Of a stretch of 64,000 nucleotides of DNA, positions 10,026-18,987 are shown in pieces. Origin of the DNA: an uncultured Desulfobacterales bacterium (GTDB lineage Bacteria; Desulfobacterota; Dissulfuribacteria; Dissulfuribacterales; QOAL01). Made by a program: the position numbers and the translations under genes. Location: positions 3,852 through 67,851 of the forward strand of contig CAZXAK010000040.1 of assembly GCA_964638145.1 (NCBI GenBank), given 5' to 3'. Each line of letters begins with the position of its first letter. Within the stretch, counting starts at the first letter, position 1. The notes below the pieces were generated by a model. It saw only the letters and a list, made by a program, of their open reading frames with translations, ran no database searches and was not told where the DNA came from.

Positions 10026-12662
10026 ATGAAAAACTTAAAAGGCTCTGAAATACGCCGACTATTTCTTGAATATTTTGAAAAACATGGTCACCAGGTTGTG
10101 AAGAGCTCCTCCCTGGTCCCTGCAGATGACCCTTCTCTTCTCTTTACCAACGCAGGCATGGTCCAGTTCAAGAAGGTATTTCTCGGAGAAGAGACCCGCC
10201 CGTACAAACGCGCCACCACCAGCCAGAAATGCGTAAGGGCAGGAGGAAAGCACAACGACCTTGAAAACGTGGGATACACTGCAAGACATCACACCTTCTT
10301 CGAGATGCTTGGAAACTTCTCCTTTGGTGACTACTTCAAAAAGGAGGCCATTGCCTTTGCCTGGGAGTTCCTGACAGAACATCTGGAACTTCCAAAGGAA
10401 AAACTCTGGGTAACGGTGTTTGAGGATGACGATGAGGCCGCAGTCATGTGGCCAGAGATAACCGGCATCTCCCCTGACAGGGTGGTAAGGCTTGGAGAGG
10501 AGGACAACTTCTGGGCTATGGGTGATACCGGGCCGTGCGGGCCGTGCTCAGAGATACTCATTGACCAGGGTGAGGAGATCGGATGCGGAAGGCCCGACTG
10601 CAAGGTTGGGTGTGATTGTGACCGATTCCTTGAGATTTGGAACTTGGTGTTCATGCAATTTTTCAGGGACGAGAGTGGGAACATGACGCCACTTCCTGAC
10701 CCATGCATTGATACGGGCATGGGGCTCGAACGTATTGCGGCAGTGTGTCAGGGCAAGATCAACAACTTTGATACCGACCTGTTTGCTGCCATCATGCGCC
10801 ACCAGGAACAGATTTCCGGCAAGGAGTACGGCTCATCCCCTGGCGTTGACATTGCCATGCGCGTGATTGCTGACCACTCAAGGGCCTCTGCCTTCCTGAT
10901 AGCAGACGGTGTCATACCCTCAAACGAAGGGCGTGGTTACGTGCTAAGGCGCATAATCAGGCGGGCAGTACGCTATGGGAGGGTACTGGGCCTTACAGAC
11001 CCGTTCATGGCATCAGTCGCCTCTGTTGTATGTGACGAGATGGGGGACGTATATCCGGAGCTTGAGGGTTCCAGGCAGTTCATGGAACAGGTGCTGCATA
11101 ACGAGGAGACACGCTTTGCCGAGACCCTTGAAACAGGCCTTAAAATACTGGATGAACGCATACGTGAACTAAAGGAGAAAGACGAGAAGCAGCTTCCTGG
11201 TGACTTTGTCTTCAAGCTCTATGACACCTATGGCCTTCCAATTGATATCGTCCAGGATGTAGTAAAGGAACAGGGTGCTGACCTGGACAAAGAGGGGTAC
11301 AGACGGGCCAGGGAAGAACAGCGGAAACGGTCCAAAAGCGCGCACAGGACCACTGTCACTGAAAAACTCCCTGATATTTACAGGCAACTTCTGTCAAGAG
11401 GGGAGGGCACAGCATTCTGTGGCTATGAAACCATAGAGGCTGAATCCGCCATACTGGCACTGGTAAAGGATAACGAGGCGTTTGAATCGGTTCAGAAGGG
11501 CTGGGAAGGCGAACTTGTGGCCGAGCGTACCCCTTTCTATGCTGAATCCGGGGGCCAGAAGGGGGATACAGGCGTAATAACAACAGAGTCCGGCAGTGCG
11601 GAAGTGACTGACACAATCAAGAGAGGTGATCTGATAGTCCACCTCATAAAGGTCACTGATGGCCATCTGAACCAGCATGACAGGGCCAGCTTCAGAGTGA
11701 GGGAAGGCAGGCGCATGGACATTGCCCGCAACCACACTGTTACACACCTGCTTCACGCAGCCCTCAGGCAGGTCCTTGGCGATCATGTCAAACAGTCAGG
11801 CTCCCTTGTGGCCCCTGACCACCTCCGCTTTGACTTTACCCACTTCTCCAGCCTGTCCCAAACAGAACTTCAGCAGGTGGAGGACGTGGTCAACGAGAAG
11901 ATCAGGGCAGACCTGCCAGTGGTCACAGAGGTCCTGTCAATAGAGCAGGCCCTTGAAAGGGGGGCCACCGCGCTGTTTGGGGAAAAATATGGGGATGAGG
12001 TCCGGGTGGTAAACATCCCTGACTTCAGCATGGAACTCTGTGGCGGTACACACCTTGAACGCACCGGTCAGGCAGGACTTTTCAAGATAACCTCTGAATC
12101 CAGTGTATCAGCAGGGCTGAGAAGGATCGAGGCCTGTACCGGTCGCAGGGCCATTGCCCTTGTCCACGAGATGGAACAGACCATACGCGAGATTGCCGCC
12201 TGTCTCAAATGCCCTGTCACTGCGGTCAGGGACAAGGTAGATGCCCTGTCAGGCAGGGTAAAGCAGCTTGAAAAGGAACTGCAGGCAGCTCTCTCCAGCA
12301 GGGCTGCCGAAGGTATTGATCAGATGGTTGAAGGGGCAAGGGAGATAAACGGCATAAAGGTGGTGGCCTCCGTGGTGGATGTGCCTGACGCAAAGGCACT
12401 TAGAGAGCTCGGAGACAGGCTCAGGGACAGGCTCAGGAGCGGTGTGGTGGTGCTTGGAGCCAGCAACGGCAGCAAGGCCCTGCTCCTCTGCGTTGTAACA
12501 AAGGACATAGCGGGAAAGAGGTGCCACGCAGGCAACATAATCAAAAAGGTCGCTGCCATTGTAGGGGGTGGGGGCGGCGGACGCCCGGACATGGCCCAGG
12601 CAGGTGGCAGCCGGCCAGAAAAGATAGAGCAGGCGGTACAGGCAGTGTATGAACTGATCTGA
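10026..12662 (+). CDS. alaS: Alanine--tRNA ligase
   Basis: 878 aa. Class II motifs (FTNAGMVQFK, FEMLGNFSFGDYFK), editing-domain HxxxH (HTVTHLLH) and C-terminal DHHA1 (GGGGGGRPDMAQAGG). Confidence 0.97.
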   Translation: MKNLKGSEIRRLFLEYFEKHGHQVVKSSSLVPADDPSLLFTNAGMVQFKKVFLGEETRPYKRATTSQKCVRAGGKHNDLENVGYTARHHTFFEMLGNFSFGDYFKKEAIAFAWEFLTEHLELPKEKLWVTVFEDDDEAAVMWPEITGISPDRVVRLGEEDNFWAMGDTGPCGPCSEILIDQGEEIGCGRPDCKVGCDCDRFLEIWNLVFMQFFRDESGNMTPLPDPCIDTGMGLERIAAVCQGKINNFDTDLFAAIMRHQEQISGKEYGSSPGVDIAMRVIADHSRASAFLIADGVIPSNEGRGYVLRRIIRRAVRYGRVLGLTDPFMASVASVVCDEMGDVYPELEGSRQFMEQVLHNEETRFAETLETGLKILDERIRELKEKDEKQLPGDFVFKLYDTYGLPIDIVQDVVKEQGADLDKEGYRRAREEQRKRSKSAHRTTVTEKLPDIYRQLLSRGEGTAFCGYETIEAESAILALVKDNEAFESVQKGWEGELVAERTPFYAESGGQKGDTGVITTESGSAEVTDTIKRGDLIVHLIKVTDGHLNQHDRASFRVREGRRMDIARNHTVTHLLHAALRQVLGDHVKQSGSLVAPDHLRFDFTHFSSLSQTELQQVEDVVNEKIRADLPVVTEVLSIEQALERGATALFGEKYGDEVRVVNIPDFSMELCGGTHLERTGQAGLFKITSESSVSAGLRRIEACTGRRAIALVHEMEQTIREIAACLKCPVTAVRDKVDALSGRVKQLEKELQAALSSRAAEGIDQMVEGAREINGIKVVASVVDVPDAKALRELGDRLRDRLRSGVVVLGASNGSKALLLCVVTKDIAGKRCHAGNIIKKVAAIVGGGGGGRPDMAQAGGSRPEKIEQAVQAVYELI

Positions 12663-12679
12663 TCCAGACCTGCCGAATA

Positions 12680-12760
12680 CCTGAATTGAGCGATTCCCAT
12701 CAATTGCATGCAATTACAGATGAAATAAAATTTCACATGATTTGAAACGCTCAATTCAGG
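12680..12760 (+). mobile_element. Family-A element, copy A3 (81 bp)
   Basis: CCTGAATTGAGCGATTCCCATCAATTGCATG...TTTCACATGATTTGAAACGCTCAATTCAGG. It lies between the alaS stop and the rsbR Shine-Dalgarno. Confidence 0.85.
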
Positions 12761-12789
12761 TGAATACAGATCATAGGAGGATACACCGC

Positions 12790-13671
12790 ATGAACGAACT
12801 AAAGGATTATCAGAACGATGAGGGTTTCCTGTTTGAAATAGTAAATGCGGTGCCCTCCGGTATCTTTGTCACAGACCTGGAGCACAACATCCTTATCATA
12901 AACAAGGCCGCATCTGAAATGGTGGGCCTCAGGCCAGGGCAGTGTTTTGACAGGAAGTGCCATGAGATATTCAACACCCCCATGTGTGGCACCAACCAGT
13001 GCACCTGTCATGTGGCAATGGAGCAGAACCGTGTAAACCAGGGCCAGACCACCCTTCACACGGAAAAGGGTGAAATCGCCATTGAGTACGCCAGCCGTCC
13101 CCTGAAAAACCATGAGGGCAAGATCATTGGCTGCGTGGAGCACTTCATCGACATATCCGAACGTGTGGCCCAGGAGGAACTGATGCTGCAGCAGCAGGAG
13201 GAGCTGCTCCGCAAACGCGAGGAGGACATAAGGCACCTGCAGGAAGAGATTCTGGAACTCTCCACACCTGTAGTGGAGGTATGGGAAGGCGTGCTTGCCC
13301 TGCCACTCATAGGCACCCTTGACAGCCACCGCGCACGAAGCGCCATGGAACTACTGCTCGATGCCATTGAGAAGACCCGCTCCCCGTTTGTCATCATTGA
13401 TATTACAGGTGTCCCCACTGTTGACACAGAGGTGGCAAACCATCTGCTACAGACTGTTGATGCAGTCCGTCTCATGGGAAGCGAGGCCATACTTACCGGG
13501 GTCTCCACCCACATTGCCCTTACGATGGCCCATCTCGGGGTGGAGCTTGGTACCATAAAGGTGAGGAGCCGTATGGCAGATGCGCTCCATCTGGCCATAA
13601 GGGAACTGCACAGGCGCAAGCAGGACACCCCTTTGACAGAACTGATTCTCCGGGACGCTGTGAAAAACTGA
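12790..13671 (+). CDS. rsbR: RsbR-like stressosome sensor: N-terminal Cys-rich PAS domain plus C-terminal STAS domain
   Basis: The STAS region LSTPVVEVWEGVLALPLIGTLDSHRA...FVIIDITGVPTVDTEVANHL is the RsbR signature. PAS has C-x8-C-x4-C-x-CH. ATG 12790 lies 9 nt after AGGAGG; the track start at 12742 lies inside MITE A3. Confidence 0.85.
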   Translation: MNELKDYQNDEGFLFEIVNAVPSGIFVTDLEHNILIINKAASEMVGLRPGQCFDRKCHEIFNTPMCGTNQCTCHVAMEQNRVNQGQTTLHTEKGEIAIEYASRPLKNHEGKIIGCVEHFIDISERVAQEELMLQQQEELLRKREEDIRHLQEEILELSTPVVEVWEGVLALPLIGTLDSHRARSAMELLLDAIEKTRSPFVIIDITGVPTVDTEVANHLLQTVDAVRLMGSEAILTGVSTHIALTMAHLGVELGTIKVRSRMADALHLAIRELHRRKQDTPLTELILRDAVKN

Positions 13672-13684
13672 GGCAATACGACTC

Positions 13685-14122
13685 ATGATCCCCTTCTCCA
13701 TCTTTCCCATGCGGGATGTGATCATGGTCTCCATCCAGGAGGAGATTGATGACCGGCACGTCTCAAGGCTGGTAAAGGAACTCAGTAACCGGGTGAAGTC
13801 CAGCCATGTACGATACGTCATCATTGATCTCCACGACGTGGAGGCAGTAGACACCTTTCTTGCAGGAGAAATAGAGAAGCTTGCCGCAATGCTCTACTTC
13901 CTGCGGGCCTCCACCATTGTGGTTGGCCTGTCTGTACCTGTGGTGCTGACCCTGCTGGATTTTGGCATAAAGTTCCAGGGCGTGGAATTTGCTTTGGATG
14001 TCGAGCAGGCGTTATCAAGGATAGGTGGGCCACAACCCTTTGAAGAAGACCTGCCCCCTTCCTCTGAGGACAGCAACGAGGAGGAGATCTCTCCCGGTCC
14101 CCACCGGGACCCCCAGGTCTGA
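13685..14122 (+). CDS. rsbS: RsbS-like single-STAS stressosome scaffold protein
   Basis: VIMVSIQEEIDDRHVSRL...VIIDLHDVEAVDTFLAGEI...VVGLSVPVVLTL. Acidic C-terminal tail. Confidence 0.8.
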   Translation: MIPFSIFPMRDVIMVSIQEEIDDRHVSRLVKELSNRVKSSHVRYVIIDLHDVEAVDTFLAGEIEKLAAMLYFLRASTIVVGLSVPVVLTLLDFGIKFQGVEFALDVEQALSRIGGPQPFEEDLPPSSEDSNEEEISPGPHRDPQV

Positions 14123-14136
14123 ACAGGGCCTATCCC

Positions 14137-14547
14137 ATGACAGTTGACAGATCACGATACTGTGCTCCTGTAAACGCAGATACCGGGCTTGCACCTGTCC
14201 GGTCCATGGCCATCTCCCACTTCAGGCGGCTTGGCATACGTGCGGTTGACAGATCCGAGATGCTCGTACTGATAAACGAGCTTGCCACCAACATCATCAG
14301 ACACGGCGGCAATGGGGAGATATGCCTGTTCCCGCTGTCAGTGAAAGGGCATTCAGGCTTCCTGATCAGGGCAATTGACTCAGGCCCAGGGATCAAGGAC
14401 CTTAAAAAGGCACTTGAGCCAGGCGGGTCTGAAGATCATGGGTTGGGCCTTGGCCTCAACGCAATAAGGAACCTATCTGACGATGTCAGGATATCGAGCA
14501 GGATCCAGGGGGGGACCCAGATCGAGGTCTGGAAATGGCTAAACTGA
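14137..14547 (+). CDS. rsbT: RsbT-like serine kinase / switch protein (GHKL ATPase)
   Basis: N-box ELATNIIRH, G1 DSGPGI, G2 GLGLGLNAI. 136 aa. Follows the rsbR-rsbS pair. Confidence 0.8.
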   Translation: MTVDRSRYCAPVNADTGLAPVRSMAISHFRRLGIRAVDRSEMLVLINELATNIIRHGGNGEICLFPLSVKGHSGFLIRAIDSGPGIKDLKKALEPGGSEDHGLGLGLNAIRNLSDDVRISSRIQGGTQIEVWKWLN

Positions 14548-15614
14548 ACAGACAGCCAGTCTGGAGACAGTTTCCTGTCTCTTCACCAGCCGATGTGCTG
14601 CTTGTACGATACGCAGTTGACCAACTGGCAAACAGTCTTGACTTTTCTCCACAGAGACGGGCAGAGGCTGTACTCGTTGCGAGTGAACTTGCCCAGAATC
14701 ACGTGAACTGCCGCACATCAGATGGAAACATCACCATGGGAGGCGTGCATTGCGGACAGTCGGCCCTGCTTACCCTGTTCTCAGTTGATAATGGCCCTGG
14801 CATAGAGGATGTAAAAAAGGCCTTGATGGACGGGGTTACCACAGGCAATAGCTTTGGAAACGGCCTTGGTACGGTGCGGCGACTTGCCGACGATTTTGCC
14901 ATATGCTCGGACAGGGACGGAAACGCACCTTGCAGCTTTACAGACCTCCACTATGCCACCCGGATTCCAGGTACAATGATAGGTGCCTCGTTCTGGTGGC
15001 CTATGGAACCCTGCATCCCGCCTGACAACATAAGACTCTCCGCCATTGTCTCTCCCATGCCAGGTGAGAGATTCTGCGGTGACGGCGTACACGTCATAGC
15101 CAACGACCACATCACGAGAATCGTCCTTATGGATGCGCTGGGTCATGGAAGTGCTGCTGCAGAATCCATTATAGCGGCCCAGCAGGTACTTGACCTGTGT
15201 CCTGCCGATGAGGCCTTAGACATGGTGGTGCCCCAGCTCGATCGGGCACTTACACACCATCGGGGCATGGCAGCCCTGTTCATCAAGCTTCACGAAAAAA
15301 CAGGCAGGGTGGAGACATGTGGCATAGGCAACATTTACGGCTGTTTCAACGATGGCCACAGGGAATTTCCTGTCACCTCCCTGTCCGGAGTCATTGGGCA
15401 GAACTTCAACTGTCGCAGGCTTATGGTGCAGGAATTCTGTTTCAGCAAAGAGGTCTCATGTGTCATGTTGTCAGACGGCCTGGATGAATCGGCATTAATG
15501 ACAGGTTGCCCCAACGACATACCTCCACTGTTTTCAAGCTATCTTACCTTTGTCAATGCGTTATCCGGGCAGGATGACGCTGCAATTATCGTGTGGAAAT
15601 GGCAGAAAAAATAA
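14535..15614 (+). CDS. Fusion of an RsbT-like GHKL domain and a PP2C/SpoIIE-type phosphatase (RsbX-position gene)
   Basis: N-terminal half has ELAQNHV, DNGPGI and GNGLGTV. C-terminal half has FCGDGV...VLMDALGHGSAAA, typical of PP2C/SpoIIE. It overlaps rsbT by 13 nt. Confidence 0.75.
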   Translation: MAKLNRQPVWRQFPVSSPADVLLVRYAVDQLANSLDFSPQRRAEAVLVASELAQNHVNCRTSDGNITMGGVHCGQSALLTLFSVDNGPGIEDVKKALMDGVTTGNSFGNGLGTVRRLADDFAICSDRDGNAPCSFTDLHYATRIPGTMIGASFWWPMEPCIPPDNIRLSAIVSPMPGERFCGDGVHVIANDHITRIVLMDALGHGSAAAESIIAAQQVLDLCPADEALDMVVPQLDRALTHHRGMAALFIKLHEKTGRVETCGIGNIYGCFNDGHREFPVTSLSGVIGQNFNCRRLMVQEFCFSKEVSCVMLSDGLDESALMTGCPNDIPPLFSSYLTFVNALSGQDDAAIIVWKWQKK

Positions 15615-16945
15615 GAAACCGGCTCCATATTCTTACGCTGGTAATAAAAAATCGCAGAGACATCCCACTTGTCCGCTCCAAGGCCAAACACCTTGGAGAG
15701 CTGTGCGGTATGGACCGTGTTGACAGGGTAAGGCTTGCGGTTTCCGCATCCGAGATGTCGCGCTATATGCTTGAGCACTCTGGCGGGGGCACCGCGTCAT
15801 TCCTTCTGGTGTGCTGCAATACCGATTGCAACACTGATAAAGAGTGTGCAGGAATCATGCTCGAATTCAAGGGGAGGCATGTGTCCAAACAGACCGACAT
15901 CAAGGATTGTAACGGTCATGGGGTCCCCACCATCTACACATCCCCCCCTATTGACACGAGGATGCCATTTGCAGGCATAAACAGGGCCATGGACAGTGTT
16001 ACCATTGTCAGCAGAGGGATAAGGACCCCTCTGAACGTGGAGATGATCAAATGGGGAATTCACAAGACCTGGAAAGAACTGGCCAAGTCAAATGAGTTCC
16101 TCAAAAAGAGGTTGTTCCGTAACGCCGAGGAGTCCTTTGTTGCCAACCTCAGAGCAAAACATGAGGAGGTCCTGAAACTGCTGGAGGAGCTATCCAGGAA
16201 AAACAGGGAACTGGACAAGGCAAACAACGAACTGATGCAGCTAAGCAATGATCTCGAGACCCTGACTCACGAAAGGACAATGTCAGAGATCGCACTGAAG
16301 GTGGCAGACAGGATCAGGAATCCTGCCACTGCAATTGGCGGCCTGGCCCGGGTACTCTTGAAAAAAACACCAAAAAACGCTGGAATACGAAAAAAACTTG
16401 AAGCCATTTTTCATGAGGCCAAACGACTTGAAAAGATAGTCCAGGACTTTGATTCCCTTGCAAACGTAAAGGGCAGGGCCTTTGAAAAGACAGACCTCAG
16501 AGACATTGTAAACAGCGTGATAGATACCCTGGCACCAAGTTTCGAACAGAAGGGCATAACGACCCGCATCAAGATGACAGACGACCCTGTAATAGCCCTT
16601 ATCAACCCCCAGACCATAAAGGTGGCACTGCTTCACATCCTCAGAAACGCCATAGAGGCATCTGCACGAAGCGGGATCATAGAGGTCAGTGTCTGGCGGA
16701 GGGATGGCCAGCCGTTCATCTCGGTAAGGGACTTTGGCCCTGGCATAGACGGTGAGGTCATGGACAAGCTCTTCAGGACATCAGTTACAACCAAGGCAAC
16801 AGGAACCGGCATGGGACTCATAACCGTAAAGCAGATAATGGACGAACACAAAGGAAGTATTGAGATAAGAAGCGGCAAGGACCACGGCCCGGGTACAGAA
16901 GTAATCCTTCTCTTTCCTGTACGGTGGAAAGAACTGGATTCCTGA
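15593..16945 (+). CDS. Histidine-kinase-like protein lacking the phospho-acceptor His (degenerate RsbT-like N-domain, coiled coil, DHp-like, HATPase_c)
   Basis: The H-box position reads VADRIRNPATAIGG, with Asp (codon 16307-16309) where the HExRNP-type boxes I recall carry His. N-box LHILRNAIEA, G1 DFGPGI and G2 GTGMGL are intact. It overlaps the upstream gene by 22 nt. Confidence 0.75.
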   Translation: MEMAEKIRNRLHILTLVIKNRRDIPLVRSKAKHLGELCGMDRVDRVRLAVSASEMSRYMLEHSGGGTASFLLVCCNTDCNTDKECAGIMLEFKGRHVSKQTDIKDCNGHGVPTIYTSPPIDTRMPFAGINRAMDSVTIVSRGIRTPLNVEMIKWGIHKTWKELAKSNEFLKKRLFRNAEESFVANLRAKHEEVLKLLEELSRKNRELDKANNELMQLSNDLETLTHERTMSEIALKVADRIRNPATAIGGLARVLLKKTPKNAGIRKKLEAIFHEAKRLEKIVQDFDSLANVKGRAFEKTDLRDIVNSVIDTLAPSFEQKGITTRIKMTDDPVIALINPQTIKVALLHILRNAIEASARSGIIEVSVWRRDGQPFISVRDFGPGIDGEVMDKLFRTSVTTKATGTGMGLITVKQIMDEHKGSIEIRSGKDHGPGTEVILLFPVRWKELDS

Positions 16946-17001
16946 CAACAGCCATATCGCAGGTGCCAGACACGCAAACGCCCATTTTCTTTCCCTATTT
17001 T

Positions 17002-17850
17002 CTACTGCCGAAGCAGTGATATGATCCTCTCAAGCTCTTCTGGTGTGTCGTAACGTATCTCCAGCCGTCCTCCCCGTTTACCCTGGCTTATCCTCACAGG
17101 GGATCCGATCGCATGCGTAAGTTCCTCGCACAGCCTCTGTATGTTTGGATCTTCCTGCTGAGGCTGTCTTGGTGGTTTATCCCCCTCATTCTCCAGTTTT
17201 CTTGCCAGGGCCTCTGCCTTTCGCACTGACAGTTTCTTGCTGATTATAGTATCCCTGAGCTGGCGTTGAAGCTCCGGAGCACTCACCATGAGTATGGCCT
17301 TGGCATGGCCCATGGTAAATCTCTCCTCAAGGAGATCCTCCCTGGCATAGTCAGGAAGCTGCAGCAGGCGCAAGAAATTTGCGACAGTGGCCCTGTCACG
17401 CCCCACACGTTTGGATACCTCTGCCTGGGTGAGGCCAAGGTCCTCAATGAGACGCTGATATGCCATGGCCTCTTCTATGGGATTCAGATCCTGTCGCTGG
17501 ATATTCTCAATGAGTGCCAGCTCCAGCAGCTCATCCGGGCTAACGTCTTTTATTACCACAGGAACTGTCCTGAGCCCCGCCTTCTGTGAGGCCCGCCACC
17601 TGCGTTCTCCGGCCACAAGCTCGTAACCATCCTCCACAGGACGGACCACAAGGGGCTGCAAAACTCCCTTGTCCCTTATTGAGTCTGCCAGTTTGGCAAG
17701 AGAGTCAGGATCAACTCTCTTTCTTGGTTGTTGAGGATTTGCTCTGATCTTTTCAATGGGACACAGGAAAAAACCCGGACTTCCTGCCTCATATATCTCC
17801 TCTGATGAGAGCAGGGCCCCAAGCCCCTTTCCCAGACCTCCCTTCATCAT
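17002..17850 (-). CDS. parB: Chromosome partitioning protein ParB/Spo0J
   Basis: GLGKGLGALL, the ParB box LQPLVVRP...YELVAGERRWRA, and an HTH region. ATG 17850 lies 9 nt after AAGGAG. Confidence 0.92.
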   Translation of the reverse strand: MMKGGLGKGLGALLSSEEIYEAGSPGFFLCPIEKIRANPQQPRKRVDPDSLAKLADSIRDKGVLQPLVVRPVEDGYELVAGERRWRASQKAGLRTVPVVIKDVSPDELLELALIENIQRQDLNPIEEAMAYQRLIEDLGLTQAEVSKRVGRDRATVANFLRLLQLPDYAREDLLEERFTMGHAKAILMVSAPELQRQLRDTIISKKLSVRKAEALARKLENEGDKPPRQPQQEDPNIQRLCEELTHAIGSPVRISQGKRGGRLEIRYDTPEELERIISLLRQ

Positions 17851-18084
17851 GCCGGAACTCTCCTTAGATAATCCTGTTTCCTTTTCCAAAAATCATAATA
17901 CCGCAGTTTTACATCCTTCCATTTTTACCCCTGACCTGCAGGTTGTAAACACCCTGTCTCTTCTCAATTAACGTCCCAAGTTTACCATGAAAGCCAGAAC
18001 TTCGACCACAACACATTCATAATCAAGGTTCTTGCCCTGATAAGGTAGGGCACAATATAAAAAGTTGGTCAGGATGCAGGATTG

Positions 18085-18861
18085 CTAACTCTTCCTCTGA
18101 CGACTGAGAAACTCCCTGGCCAGGGCCATATATGCCTCAGCTCCCTTTGACCTTGGATCATAGGCAAAGATGGGTTTGCCATGACTGGGGCTTTCACTCA
18201 ACCGTACATTTCTCGGAATTGTTGTGCGATAGACTATATCACGGAAATGTGTCCGCACCTCTCTTGCCACCTGGAAGGTAAGCCTCATGCGGCTGTCGTA
18301 CATGGTGAGCAGCAACCCCTCGATATGTAACTGAGGGTTGAAGTTGTGCTTTACAAGCCTTATTGTCTGGACAAGCTGACTGAGTCCTTCAAGGGCATAG
18401 TATTCACATTGCAGGGGAATTATCACTGAATCAGCAGCAGTAAAGGCGTTTATGGTCATTAGGCCAAGAGAGGGGGGACAGTCCAGGATGCAGTACTGAT
18501 AGCCTTCTATCTGTTTGAGCGTATTTTTCAGTACGCTCTCTCTATCTTCAACGCCAGCAAGTTCCATCTCTATACCAACCAGGTCACGGTTGGAAGGAAG
18601 CACTGACAGGCTGTTGAACGGCGTAATACATACAGCCTCTGCAGGGTTTATTTCGCCAAGGAGTGCGTGGTAGAGATGGACCCCAAGTTCCTGTGTGGCA
18701 ATGCCTGTTCCGCTGGATGCATTGCCCTGGGCATCACAGTCCACCAGCAGGACCCGTTTCCCCTGCATGGAGAGGGCAGCCGCAAGGTTAACAGCAGTGG
18801 TGGTCTTGCCCACACCACCCTTCTGATTTGCTATGCATATTATTTTTGTTCGGGCCGTCAT
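18085..18861 (-). CDS. parA: Chromosome partitioning ATPase ParA/Soj
   Basis: Deviant Walker A NQKGGVGKTTT. 258 aa. Upstream of parB. Confidence 0.93.
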   Translation of the reverse strand: MTARTKIICIANQKGGVGKTTTAVNLAAALSMQGKRVLLVDCDAQGNASSGTGIATQELGVHLYHALLGEINPAEAVCITPFNSLSVLPSNRDLVGIEMELAGVEDRESVLKNTLKQIEGYQYCILDCPPSLGLMTINAFTAADSVIIPLQCEYYALEGLSQLVQTIRLVKHNFNPQLHIEGLLLTMYDSRMRLTFQVAREVRTHFRDIVYRTTIPRNVRLSESPSHGKPIFAYDPRSKGAEAYMALAREFLSRQRKS

Positions 18862-18987
18862 TTGCTACAGTTGCTTGCCTCGTAACTGAAGAGAATATTA
18901 GATTGTATTTACTTGCTCCGCCCTTCCCTGACTCGCAGGTCTCAGGGTATAGAATAATTCATTTCATTACAAGAGAGGTTTTTAAAA

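Noticed and set aside
12742-12789. Upstream-extended starts given by the ORF track: rsbR at 12742, isf at 28162, lptG at 60889, the lipid kinase at 57415, comF at 29700, cytochrome 2 at 33527, L31 at 5044 and S21 at 8686.
   Set aside because: The extensions run into MITE sequence or the upstream gene, lack Shine-Dalgarno sequences, and add residues not found at the N-termini typical of these families. Internal starts with good SD spacing were preferred.
17934-17943. Search for a parS site near parAB. The only palindrome noticed in the 234-bp parA-parB spacer is ACCTGCAGGT. TCACGTGAAC at about 14699 lies inside a coding region.
   Set aside because: Neither extends to the 16-bp TGTTNCACGTGAAACA consensus. 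10-bp palindromes are expected by chance many times in 64 kb.
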